Source of the DNA: Thermoplasmata archaeon | GTDB taxonomy: Archaea > Thermoplasmatota > SW-10-69-26 > JACQPN01 > JAJPHT01 | NCBI GenBank assembly: GCA_034667685.1 | Contig: JAXDQU010000034.1 | Location: 64,001 to 128,000 of the forward strand | Reading direction: 5' to 3' | Length of the DNA: 64,000 nucleotides | Shown here: one piece after another, positions 1 through 8,327 of the stretch | Layout: each line of letters begins with the position of its first letter | Numbering within the stretch: position 1 is the stretch's first letter | The notes under the pieces: model-generated | Database searches by the model: none | What the model saw: the letters and a program-made list of their open reading frames with translations, nothing else | Told to the model about the DNA's origin: nothing | Program-made: the position numbers and the translations under genes

Positions 1-360
1 GCGGCGCACCCTGCGCGGCGGGAACTTCAGCACGTCGCGCGCGCGGCGGGCCAGCGATATCATCTCGCGGAAGCTGCGGGGTGGCCGCGTCTTCACGAGC
101 GCCATGAGATCCTTGCCCACCTGCGCGGGCTCGCGCCCGAGCGCCAGCGCCATGCGCGCGTCGGTGCCGAACGCATTGATGAGCACGGGCATCCCGTGCG
201 CGCCCTTCACGTCCTCGAAGAGGAGCGCCGGCCCGCCGCGCTTCACCACGCGGTCGTAGACCTCGCTGACCTCCAGCCTGGGATCGACCTGCGCCTTCAC
301 CCGGACAAGATCGCCGCGCTGCTCCAGGTCGGCGATGAAGGCGCGGAGGTCGTAGGGCAT
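1..360 (-). CDS. UbiD-family (prFMN-dependent) decarboxylase, N-terminal part, runs off the window edge
   Basis: Hand translation from ATG at 360: MPYDLRAFIADLEQRGDLVRVKAQVDPRLEVSEVYDRVVKRGGPALLFEDVKG...PVLINAFGT, a typical UbiD N-terminus. Confidence 0.85.
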   Translation of the reverse strand, partial: MPYDLRAFIADLEQRGDLVRVKAQVDPRLEVSEVYDRVVKRGGPALLFEDVKGAHGMPVLINAFGTDARMALALGREPAQVGKDLMALVKTRPPRSFREMISLARRARDVLKFPPRRVRR

Positions 361-396
361 GGCCGGGTCGCCAAGCGGAGGCACCGGATAAAAGCC

Positions 397-1017
397 TCAC
401 GCGCCCGGCTTGACCCCCGTCGCCAGGAAGATGGACACCCGCGCGCTCTCCGTGCCGCACGCGCTCGTCGCGCAGCAGTCCTGCCCGACGTCGTCGACCC
501 GCGCTTCGTCCAGCCCGGCCGCCGCGAGCCAGCCGCGCACGTCCTCGCGCGCGAAGCCCATCCAGCGGTCGTGGTGCTCCGTGCGCAGGAAGGCGAAGTC
601 GTGCGCGTCGAGGTCGGTCAGCGCGAGGCGGCCGCCGGGGCGCAGGACGCGCGCCATCTCCGCGATCGCCACCGCGGGGCGCTCGACGTGGTGCAGGCAC
701 ATGTTCGCGAGCACCGCGTCGAACGAGTCCGCGGGGTAGGGAAGCGCCTCGGCGTCGGCGACGCGCGCCTCGACCCGGGGGAACCGGCGGCGCAGCTCGT
801 CCACCATGAGGGGCGAGGCGTCCACGGCGCTGACGCGCGCGCCGCGAGCCAGGGCCTCCTCGGTGACGAAGCCGCTGCCGGCGCCGACGTCCAGCACGTG
901 GAGGCCGGCCCGCACGCCCGCGGCGTCGAGCGCCGCGCAGCGCACCGCGGGCGAGAAGAAGTCCTGGCGCATCGATTCCCAGCGCGGCGCGACCGCGTCG
1001 AAGTAGGCTCGGGTCAT
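397..1017 (-). CDS. Class I SAM-dependent methyltransferase with a C-terminal Cys cluster
   Basis: Motif I VLDVGAGSG, DAEALPY..SFDAVL, EMARVLRPGG; C-terminal DCCATSACG; start placed at MTRAYFD. Confidence 0.85.
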   Translation of the reverse strand: MTRAYFDAVAPRWESMRQDFFSPAVRCAALDAAGVRAGLHVLDVGAGSGFVTEEALARGARVSAVDASPLMVDELRRRFPRVEARVADAEALPYPADSFDAVLANMCLHHVERPAVAIAEMARVLRPGGRLALTDLDAHDFAFLRTEHHDRWMGFAREDVRGWLAAAGLDEARVDDVGQDCCATSACGTESARVSIFLATGVKPGA

Positions 1018-1032
1018 CGCGTTCGAAACGCA

Positions 1033-1110
1033 CGACGAGAAGAAGCCGGTTCCGGCCAGAATGACGACGTTCCGTCGCAAGGCTTAGGCAAGGAGCCGAC
1101 GTTCCGTCGG
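1033..1110. promoter_or_regulatory. Putative Lrp operator: two CGACG-TTC-CGTCG palindromes plus a half-site, 32 bp apart
   Basis: Identical 13-mers at 1065-1077 and 1097-1109; CGACG half-site at 1033; lies between the divergent methyltransferase and Lrp genes. Confidence 0.6.
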
Positions 1111-1113
1111 AGC

Positions 1114-1623
1114 ATGGATCGGGTCGACGTGGAGATCGTGCGCGCGCTCGTCGCGGACGGGCGGGCCAGCGTGCAGCAGGTGGCGGACAAGGTCGGGCTG
1201 CGGCGGCCCAGCGTGCACGCGCGCATCGCCAGGCTGGAGGACGAGGGCGTCATCACGGGCTACCGCGCGCAGGTGGATCCCGAGGCGATCGGCGCGGGGC
1301 TCGTGGCGCTGGTGCTCGTGAAGGTGGCGCACGGCAAGGGCACCGACTGCATGGCCGCGTGCGGCAAGGTCGCCGACGCGCTGCGGCGCATCCCCGAGGT
1401 CGTCGAGTTCCACACGCTCGCCGGCGAGGACGATGCGATGGTCAAGGTGCGCGCGAAGGACGTGCGCGACCTGGAGCGCGTCGTCATGCGGCAGGTCAGC
1501 GGCGTGCCGGGCGTGGAGCGCGTGCGCACGAGCGTCGTCCTCACGACGCACTTCGAGCGGCCGCCGGCCGTGCCTAGCGCGCCATCGCCGCGAGCCGCTC
1601 GCCGATCGCGGGCGCGAACTTGA
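1114..1623 (+). CDS. Lrp/AsnC family transcriptional regulator
   Basis: MDRVDVEIVRALVADGRAS..VADKVGL..PSVHARIARLEDEGVITGY HTH, followed by a RAM domain (IPEVVEFHTLAGEDDAMVKV). Confidence 0.92.
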   Translation: MDRVDVEIVRALVADGRASVQQVADKVGLRRPSVHARIARLEDEGVITGYRAQVDPEAIGAGLVALVLVKVAHGKGTDCMAACGKVADALRRIPEVVEFHTLAGEDDAMVKVRAKDVRDLERVVMRQVSGVPGVERVRTSVVLTTHFERPPAVPSAPSPRAARRSRART

Positions 1624-2599
1624 ACCCGTGCCCCGAGAAGCCAGCCGCGACGATCACGCGGGGCATGCCCGGGGCGGGGCCAAGGATGAAGCGGTCGTCG
1701 GGCGTGTTGTCGTAGAGGCAGACGCGCGAGCGGACGAGCGGCGCGTCGGCCAGCGCGGGGATGCGCTCGCGCAGCCAGGCGCGGGCGGTGGCCTCTTCCT
1801 GCGCGGTCGCGGGCGGGCGCGGCGCGTCGGGTGATATCACGGCGGGTCCCTTGCGGTGGTCGGCGATCTTCACGAGGCCATCCTGCGCGGGGAAGCCGTA
1901 GAAGCCCTCCTCCAGCGCGGCGAAGACGGGGAGCGCGGGCAGGTCGGCGGGCGCGTGGAGGTAGAGCTCGACCTGGCGCGTGACGCGGATGCGGGGGCGC
2001 AGGAAGGGGAGCAGGCGCGGCGCGTGCGGGCCGGCGGCCACGACGATGGCGTCCGCGTCGAGCCGTCCCGCCGCGGTCTCGACGTGGCCGGTCGCCACGG
2101 CGGTCGCCGCGACGCCGCGCCGGATCTCGCCGCCGAGCTTCGTGATATCATCCTCCAGCGCGCGGAGGATCGCGGGCGGGTCGAGCCAACCCCCCTGCGG
2201 GTCGACGACGACGCGCGGGGCGCCGTGGAAGGGGAAGCGCGCCGCCGCCGGGCCTTCGTGCACCTCGGCGCGCTCGCCCATCTCCAGGAGGGTGCGCGCG
2301 CTCTGGTCCGCGAACCCGCCGGAGGGGCCGAACATGGCGAGGCCGGTCTGGTGGAGCAGCGTCGCGCCGCTCGCCTTCTCCAGCGCGCGCCACAGGGGCA
2401 GCGCCTCGCGGGCGAGGTCCACCATCTCGCGGTCGCGCGCGTAGGCGAGCCGGAAGATCTTGCTTGTGTCGTTGCTGGCGTTGCGGTCGTTCTCGCGCGG
2501 CAGCGGGTCGAGGACCGTCACGCGCGCGCCGTGCCGGGCGAGCGAGCGCGCCGCGCAAAGGCCCATGACGCCGGCGCCGACCACCACGGCGGTCGTCAT
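1574..2599 (-). CDS. FAD-dependent oxidoreductase (sarcosine oxidase/SolA-like)
   Basis: VVVGAGVMG Rossmann motif, ASNDTSKIFRLAY, CLYDNTPD..FILG, GFSGHGFKFAP; start overlaps the trm1 stop (ATGA). Confidence 0.88.
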   Translation of the reverse strand: MTTAVVVGAGVMGLCAARSLARHGARVTVLDPLPRENDRNASNDTSKIFRLAYARDREMVDLAREALPLWRALEKASGATLLHQTGLAMFGPSGGFADQSARTLLEMGERAEVHEGPAAARFPFHGAPRVVVDPQGGWLDPPAILRALEDDITKLGGEIRRGVAATAVATGHVETAAGRLDADAIVVAAGPHAPRLLPFLRPRIRVTRQVELYLHAPADLPALPVFAALEEGFYGFPAQDGLVKIADHRKGPAVISPDAPRPPATAQEEATARAWLRERIPALADAPLVRSRVCLYDNTPDDRFILGPAPGMPRVIVAAGFSGHGFKFAPAIGERLAAMAR

Positions 2600-3738
2600 G
2601 ACGCCGCCGCCCGCAGCACCGCATCGCGCATCTCCTTCGCGCTCGCGTCGGTGCGGATGGCGAGGCGGTTGAAGTGGACGCTCCACGCCTGGCGCCCCAT
2701 GTCGCTGAGCGCGCCGACGACCTTCGCGGTGGCGGGGGAGCCGACCTTCAGGCGCTCGCCGACCTTGTGGATGTCGTAGTAGAGCGGCGGGGCGCGCGCC
2801 TCGCCTGAGATCACGTTGAGCAGGTGCCTCGACTCGCGCCAGCGCGCGAGGGTGGCGTCCGCGACCTTGGCCTGCATCGCGTCGGTCGTGGCGACGTCGA
2901 GCATCGGTCCGGTCCAGAGCGGCCCCGCGACCTTGACCGCCGCGCCGCACTCGGGGCACGCGCGCTCCTCGCTGAAGCTGCGGTGGCCGCACGCTTCGCA
3001 CCAGATCAGGTGGCCCACGCTCGCGAGGGCGGCGTCGGCCCGCTGCGCGCCGCGGCGCGCGGCCAGCGTGATGCGGTAGTAGTGGTCCGTCGCGTGGCTG
3101 AAGATCGGCGCGAAGGCGACCTCGTGCTTCGCGGCCTGGCGGACGACCGCGCCCGCAAGGATGCGCAGCGCGACCTCGTGCCCCAATTCGCCGTGCAGCG
3201 GCTCCGCGTCGTAGCGCCGGCGGCACACGCGCGGGAAGACGCCCGCGAGCCCCGTCGTGTCCGTCGCGGTCACGCCCAGCAGGCCGCCGTCCTTCACGGC
3301 GCGCGTGGCGGCGTCGAGGAAGGGGGCGGGGCTTCCGAACGGGTCGAGCTCCACGACGTCCCAGACGTTCTCGTGGAGCAGGGCGTTGAGGTTGCGCCGC
3401 GTGACCTTCGCCGCGACGCCGTTCGCCTGCGCGTTCTCCTCCAGCATGCGCGCCGCGACGGGGTTCCAGTCGTTCAGCTCCAGGTCGAGCGCGACGCCCG
3501 ACTCCAGCGCGTAACGCAGCCCGCGCAGGCCCGACGCCGCGAGGCCGTCGAGCACGCGCCATCCGGGCTCGGCGCGCGCCGCCATCAGCAGCGTGGCGAG
3601 GTCGCGGTTCGTCGCCATCGCGGGATTGTAGAAGACGGCGGCGTCCTCCTTGTTGCCCGGGCCGCGCTCGCCGCGCTCGGCGGCGGGGACCTTGACGCGG
3701 GCCTTGCCTTCCTGCACCCACTCCTCGGGGCCGCTCAC
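2596..3738 (-). CDS. trm1: tRNA (guanine-26-N2)-dimethyltransferase
   Basis: VFYNPAMATNRD, ASGLRGLRYA, LDPFGSPAPF, VTATD, CxxC..CxxC, GPLWTG; GTG start inferred. Confidence 0.93.
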   Translation of the reverse strand: MSGPEEWVQEGKARVKVPAAERGERGPGNKEDAAVFYNPAMATNRDLATLLMAARAEPGWRVLDGLAASGLRGLRYALESGVALDLELNDWNPVAARMLEENAQANGVAAKVTRRNLNALLHENVWDVVELDPFGSPAPFLDAATRAVKDGGLLGVTATDTTGLAGVFPRVCRRRYDAEPLHGELGHEVALRILAGAVVRQAAKHEVAFAPIFSHATDHYYRITLAARRGAQRADAALASVGHLIWCEACGHRSFSEERACPECGAAVKVAGPLWTGPMLDVATTDAMQAKVADATLARWRESRHLLNVISGEARAPPLYYDIHKVGERLKVGSPATAKVVGALSDMGRQAWSVHFNRLAIRTDASAKEMRDAVLRAAAS

Positions 3739-3822
3739 GCGCGCGCCACGCGGCGCTCCCGGCTTCAACGTTCGGGCCGCGTACCAGAACCGCAACGGCT
3801 CCCCGCGCCAAGCCGCCGCATC

Positions 3823-4035
3823 ATGCGCGCGGGCGCGATCGCGTGGCGGATCGTCGAGCTGGCCGTTCCGGCCGCGCTGGTCATGCTCTCGGTCGCGCTC
3901 CTGGCCGCCGCCGTGGGCGCCATGCTGCTCAACGCGCCCCGCGCGACGCAGTGGGCGCTCTTCGCCGAAGGGATGCTCTGCTGGGTCGGCGGCCTCGCGT
4001 GGGGCTGGCTCGCCAACGGCCGCCGCGCCTCGTGA
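3823..4035 (+). CDS. Small two-TM membrane protein
   Basis: 70-aa ORF with two hydrophobic segments, filling the gap between trm1 and the TerB-like gene. Confidence 0.55.
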   Translation: MRAGAIAWRIVELAVPAALVMLSVALLAAAVGAMLLNAPRATQWALFAEGMLCWVGGLAWGWLANGRRAS

Positions 4036-4067
4036 GGTTCAAGAAGCCCGGGGCCCCTCCGCGCGCC

Positions 4068-4469
4068 ATGCCTCTGACGGAGCGCGAGGGCGTCGCCGGC
4101 ATCGCCCTGCTCGCCATGTACGCCGACGGCGTCATCATGGCCGAGGAGGACGACCTCATCCGCGAGCGCCTCCTGCAGTTCCCCTTCTTCCTCGAATTGG
4201 ACGAGGACGCCCTGGGCCGCGTCCTGGCCGCCGTCGAGGCGCACGGCGAGAAGGTCGGCCCCGAGAAGCTCCTCGCCGAGTCCGCCGCGGCGGTGGGACC
4301 GCGCCTGCGCCCCACCGCGTACCTGCTCGCCACCGAGGTCGTCATGGCCGACGGCGACTACGCGCCCGAGGAGGACGAGTACCTCCAGAAGCTGCGCAAG
4401 GCGCTCGCGCTCTCCGACGAGCAGGCGCGCAGCATCCACGAGGCGGTCGAGATCCGGGCGAGGCGCTAG
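4068..4469 (+). CDS. TerB-family (tellurite resistance-like) protein
   Basis: Two ADG..xxEE repeats (AMYADGVIMAEE; VVMADGDYAPEEDEYLQKLRKALAL). Confidence 0.8.
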   Translation: MPLTEREGVAGIALLAMYADGVIMAEEDDLIRERLLQFPFFLELDEDALGRVLAAVEAHGEKVGPEKLLAESAAAVGPRLRPTAYLLATEVVMADGDYAPEEDEYLQKLRKALALSDEQARSIHEAVEIRARR

Positions 4470-4888
4470 TCGTCCAGGCCGAGCGCGCGACCCGCCAGCT
4501 CGCGCTGGGCTGCGCGGCGCAAGGCGGCGTCGTGCGTCGCGAGCGTTCCCTCGGGCTCGCGCGCCGCCAGCTCCAGGTAGCTCGCGTCGTAGAACGTGAG
4601 GCCGTGCCGCGCGGCGAGCCGGGCGGTCGCGGCGCGCGCGGCGGCGTCGGTCGGGACCAGCTCGATCCCCTCCAGCATCGCCTCGACGAGCGCCGCGCGC
4701 TTCTGCGGCGTGGCCGCGAACAGCGCGGCTCTGCGCCCGTGGACGACGTGGCCGATCTCCCAGGCGAGAAGCGCGGGCGCGCGGCAGGCGAATCGCTCGT
4801 GGAGCGCGCTGAGCGCGTCGAACCGGGGGCCGGGCGCGGCGCCGTCGAGCACGACGCTCGCGTCCAGGACGAGGACGTCAGGCGTCAT
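4466..4888 (-). CDS. PIN-domain VapC-type toxin
   Basis: VLVLDASVV, LLAWEIGH, HGLTFYDASYLELA, LATHDAALRRAA. Confidence 0.88.
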   Translation of the reverse strand: MTPDVLVLDASVVLDGAAPGPRFDALSALHERFACRAPALLAWEIGHVVHGRRAALFAATPQKRAALVEAMLEGIELVPTDAAARAATARLAARHGLTFYDASYLELAAREPEGTLATHDAALRRAAQRELAGRALGLDD

Positions 4889-5084
4889 CGCGGATCTCCC
4901 GGACCGCGGCGGCGCCGTCGATCGCGGGGGCGTTGAGCTTCCGGAGCTTCGCGCGGGCCTGGCGCGCCTTCAGGCGGCGCACCTCGTCCTCGAAGGCCCG
5001 CTTCGCGACCTCGTTGGGGTTGAGCCCGGCCGACGCGACGTAGGCGACGACGTCGTCGTCCTCGCGGAACTGGACCCGTGTCAC
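4878..5084 (-). CDS. Putative VapB-type antitoxin
   Basis: 68-aa ORF overlapping the PIN gene start; RHH-like N-terminus and AVREIRD C-terminus. Confidence 0.75.
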   Translation of the reverse strand: MTRVQFREDDDVVAYVASAGLNPNEVAKRAFEDEVRRLKARQARAKLRKLNAPAIDGAAAVREIRDDA

Positions 5085-5109
5085 AGGCGTGTATCCACGC
5101 GCGGCACCA

Positions 5110-6705
5110 TCAAGGCTGCGGCGGCTTCGTGTTCCCCGCGTACGTGCGGCTCTGCTCGCGCAGGAACTGCGTGAGGTACCAGGGTCCGCCCGCGCCGCGG
5201 TCGGTGGTGGCGCTGAACTTCCAGCCGCCGAACGACTGGCCGCCGACCATCGCGCCGGTGCTCGTGCCGCGGTCGCGGTTGGCGTAGACGACGCCCGCCT
5301 CGATGCGGTCGAAGAACCACTGCACCTCGTTGGCGTCGTTGGAGACCACGCCGAACGTCAGGCCATAGTCGGCCGCGTTGACCTCGCGCACGACCTGCTC
5401 GTTGTCGTGGAACTTGCCCACGGCCACGAAGGGCACGAAGTACTCCTGGCGGAACGCCTCGTGGTCGAGCGGCAATCCCGTGACGATCGTGGGCTGCACG
5501 AAGTTGCCCTTGGCGAACGCGCCCTCCTTGATGACGTGGCCGCCCACGAGGAGCTTGCCGCCCGCTTTCGTCGCGGCGGCGACCGCGGCCTCGAACGTCT
5601 CGACGGCGCCCTTGTTGATGACGGGGCCGAGGTCGGCCTCCTTCTTCCAGGGCATCTCGACGCGCAGGGCGCGCGCCTTCTCGCCGAGCTTCGCGAGGAA
5701 CGCGTCGTGGATCGACTCGTGCACGTACACGCGGCTCGTGGCGCTGCACTTCTGGCCCCCGAATCCGAACGCGCTCTTGACGACGCCCGTCGCGGCCTTG
5801 TCGAGGTCCGCGTTCTTCGTGACGACGGTGGCGTTCTTGCCGCCCATCTCGGCGATGTAGGGGCGCGGGCGCCGGCCGACGAACGACGGGTAGTTGCGCA
5901 TGCCCACGTCGCGGCTCCCGGTGAAGACGAGACCGCCCACGTCCGGATGGTCGATGAGCGGCTGGCCCACCTCGCGCCCGCCGCCCGTGACCAGCGAGAG
6001 CGCGTCCTTGGGCACGCCCGCCTCGTGGAGGATGCGGACCAGCTCGTAGCTCGTCCAGGGCGTGTCGGACGCGGGCTTGAGCACGACGGCGTTGCCGGTG
6101 ATCAGCGCGCCGGTCGTCATGCCGGTGGGGATGGCGACGGGGAAGTTGAACGGGCCGACGACGGCGAAGACGCCCCAGGGGCGCATGACGGACACGCACG
6201 TCTCGTCGGGGAACGGCTTCCCCATCGGGACCACGTACCCCTTGTGCTCGCGCATCTGCCACGCGTAGTAATGGAGGAAGTCGATGGCCTCGTCCACGTC
6301 GTAGTACGCCTCGACGCGGTTCTTGCCGTTCTCCACGCACATGAGCGCCGCGAGCATCGGGCGCTCGCGGACCATGATCTGCGCCGCGCGGTCGAAGATC
6401 GCCGCGCGCTTCTCCCAGCCCAGCGCCTCCCAGGCGGGCTGCGCGGCCTTCGCGGCCTTCACGGCGGCATCGACGTCGGCGGCCGTGCCCTTCGGGAAGC
6501 GCGCGAGGGCCTCGCCCGTCGAAGGGTCCAGGTCGTCGAACGTCGCCGCGTGCCGCACCTCCTTGCCCGCGACGAGCATCGGAAGCGCCTCGCCCGCGCG
6601 CTTCCGGAGCTGCGCGACGGCCTCCTCGAACTCGCGGTCCAGCTCCGCGCCCTTGCCCGCCTGCGCCACGCGGAAAACGGTGTTCTGGTTCTCGAACCCG
6701 GCCAT
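5110..6705 (-). CDS. Aldehyde dehydrogenase, probably 1-pyrroline-5-carboxylate dehydrogenase (RocA/PruA-like)
   Basis: PFNFP, GNAVVLKPA, FTGS, AEMGGKN, FGFGGQKCSATSR, EYF.PF, TGAMVGGQSFGGWKFS. Confidence 0.88.
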   Translation of the reverse strand: MAGFENQNTVFRVAQAGKGAELDREFEEAVAQLRKRAGEALPMLVAGKEVRHAATFDDLDPSTGEALARFPKGTAADVDAAVKAAKAAQPAWEALGWEKRAAIFDRAAQIMVRERPMLAALMCVENGKNRVEAYYDVDEAIDFLHYYAWQMREHKGYVVPMGKPFPDETCVSVMRPWGVFAVVGPFNFPVAIPTGMTTGALITGNAVVLKPASDTPWTSYELVRILHEAGVPKDALSLVTGGGREVGQPLIDHPDVGGLVFTGSRDVGMRNYPSFVGRRPRPYIAEMGGKNATVVTKNADLDKAATGVVKSAFGFGGQKCSATSRVYVHESIHDAFLAKLGEKARALRVEMPWKKEADLGPVINKGAVETFEAAVAAATKAGGKLLVGGHVIKEGAFAKGNFVQPTIVTGLPLDHEAFRQEYFVPFVAVGKFHDNEQVVREVNAADYGLTFGVVSNDANEVQWFFDRIEAGVVYANRDRGTSTGAMVGGQSFGGWKFSATTDRGAGGPWYLTQFLREQSRTYAGNTKPPQP

Positions 6706-6758
6706 GCGCGTCCATTCGGCGCCTCTCCATAAAGGGTTCCTCCTGCCTGGCGCCACCG

Positions 6759-6838
6759 CCCGAGCCCGATTCCGATTCCTCTTCCGAGCCCGGCGGGCGC
6801 AAGCAGGGCTCGGAAGAGGAATCGGAATCGGGCTCGGG
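6759..6838. repeat. Perfect 33-bp inverted repeat with 14-nt spacer, built from CCGATT/CCGAGC hexamers
   Basis: cccgagcccgattccgattcctcttccgagccc (6759-6791) and its exact reverse complement (6806-6838). Confidence 0.95.
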
Positions 6839-6871
6839 TTTGGCCGCGAGGCCTGCGCGCGATTCGGCGAG

Positions 6872-6878
6872 TATATAG
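6872..6878 (+). promoter_or_regulatory. Likely TATA box of the NTPase gene
   Basis: TATATA about 30-35 nt upstream of ATG 6908 in a GC-rich background. Confidence 0.5.
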
Positions 6879-6907
6879 CGGCAGGCCTCCGTCTCCGGGC
6901 CTGATAT

Positions 6908-7456
6908 ATGGTGAAGGAGCTGAAGATCGGCATCACCGGTCTGCCCAGCGTCGGCAAGACGAGGACCCTTCTCAAGATCGTCGAGAAGCTCGAAGAGAAG
7001 GAGGTCATCGTCGGCGGCATGGTCACCGAGTCCATCGACGAAGGGACCAACCGCCTCGGATTCAAGATCATCAACTGGCTGACCAAGGAAGAGGGCATCC
7101 TTGCGCACGTCGACTTCACCGACAGCAAGGTCAAGGTCAGCGGCTTCGGCGTCGACATGAACATCCTCGACGGCCTCGGCGTCACCGCCATCGAGCAGGC
7201 CATCCGCGAGGCCGAGGTCATCGTGATCGACGAGGTGGGCAAGATGGAGATGGAGAGCCCCGCGTTCTGCGACGCGGTCAAGAAGGCGCTCGACTCCAGC
7301 AAGCCCATGATCATGACGCTCCACAAGAAGTCGCGGAATCCGTTGCTCCAGGACATCCGGCGCCGCGACGACATCCGCATCCTGGAAGTCACCAAGATCA
7401 ACCGGAACCTGCTTCCGTACAAGATCGAGAAGCTGCTCGAAGGCGAAAACATCTGA
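6908..7456 (+). CDS. THEP1/NTPase_1-family nucleoside triphosphatase
   Basis: GITGLPSVGKT Walker A, GGMVTE, GF.I, VIVIDEVGKME. Confidence 0.92.
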   Translation: MVKELKIGITGLPSVGKTRTLLKIVEKLEEKEVIVGGMVTESIDEGTNRLGFKIINWLTKEEGILAHVDFTDSKVKVSGFGVDMNILDGLGVTAIEQAIREAEVIVIDEVGKMEMESPAFCDAVKKALDSSKPMIMTLHKKSRNPLLQDIRRRDDIRILEVTKINRNLLPYKIEKLLEGENI

Positions 7457-7575
7457 CAAACTCGCGCTTCGCGCTCGTTTGTCAGCCGCAACCGACGTGG
7501 CCCCTCCGGGGCCACCGCAGACCTCGGCTCGCTGCGCTCGCCGAGGTCGAGCGACACCCCGCCTTCGGCGGGGAT
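7456..7575. repeat. REP-like hairpin cluster between convergent genes
   Basis: gacaaac-N15-gtttgtc; gtggcccc-tcc-ggggccac; acctcggc-TCGCTGCGCTC-gccgaggt; cccgcc-ttc-ggcggg. Confidence 0.75.
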
Positions 7576-7600
7576 CCCTCCATCCTGATGGCCGCTCCCT

Positions 7601-7807
7601 TTACTCGGTGCAGTAGATTGGGACCTTCGGGTCGACCTTCTGCACGATGCTGCCGACGATGAAGCAGGCGTTGGTGCAGCCGCCGTCGGGGTAGTCGATC
7701 TCGCAGTTGGCGCTGGCGGTGCCCACGGGTCCGAGGGCCGCGGGGGCGAGCGTGATGGCGAGGCTGGCGAGGACGATCAGCGTGACGAGGTGCATGCGCG
7801 TGGGCAT
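7601..7807 (-). CDS. Small secreted Cys-rich protein
   Basis: Hydrophobic signal peptide ending near ASA; mature part NCEIDYPDGGCTNACFIVG...IYCTE has 4 Cys; start could be 7795. Confidence 0.65.
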   Translation of the reverse strand: MPTRMHLVTLIVLASLAITLAPAALGPVGTASANCEIDYPDGGCTNACFIVGSIVQKVDPKVPIYCTE

Positions 7808-7858
7808 CCGCGCGTGGTCGCTTGAGCGGCGCGCGGGCGCAGCAGGTGGGGTGCGTGG

Positions 7859-8188
7859 CTATCGCGCGAGGGCCGCGTCGTGCGCGCGCTTCACCCACGC
7901 GGCGAGCGTGCGCGCGGACATGTCCTCGGGCACGATGACCCAGCTTGGCATCGCGCGCGTGCCGGTCTTCGTCTTCTGGCGCCACGTCTTGCCGCCCGCG
8001 GCGAGGAGCGCCTCTCGCTCGGCCTCGTCCGTGAGCTTGAGCAGGAGCTTCCCGCCGTCCCAGACGCCGGCGAACATCGCGCCGTTCTCCGCGAGGAGGC
8101 CGGTGCCGCCGAACATGCGCTTCGACGTCGGCTTCAGACGGACCGAGGCTTTCTCGAGGCGCGCGAGCGACGGGTCAGGTTTCGTCAC
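7859..8188 (-). CDS. TfoX/Sxy N-terminal domain protein
   Basis: KRMFGGTGL..NGAMFA, LLLKL, MPSWVIVPED..LAAWVKRA; GTG start inferred. Confidence 0.85.
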   Translation of the reverse strand: MTKPDPSLARLEKASVRLKPTSKRMFGGTGLLAENGAMFAGVWDGGKLLLKLTDEAEREALLAAGGKTWRQKTKTGTRAMPSWVIVPEDMSARTLAAWVKRAHDAALAR

Positions 8189-8214
8189 ACGCTGCCATCG
8201 AATCCCGGAGGGAT

Positions 8215-8327
8215 CAGGGTTCGCGCAGCGAACCCTGGTCGCTCCGCCTCCGAGCGAAGCGAGGAGGCGTGCGGTGGGGCGAAGCCCCACGTCGCGAAGG
8301 CAAGACTCGCTGCGCTCGTCTTGCCTT
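8215..8327. repeat. REP-like hairpin cluster, possible terminator of the mutase gene
   Basis: Four hairpins with GCA/GAA triloops or GAGCGNAGCGA-type loops. Confidence 0.75.

Noticed and set aside
4466-5084. vapBC pair as a novel system
   Set aside because: An ordinary type II toxin-antitoxin module, abundant in archaea.
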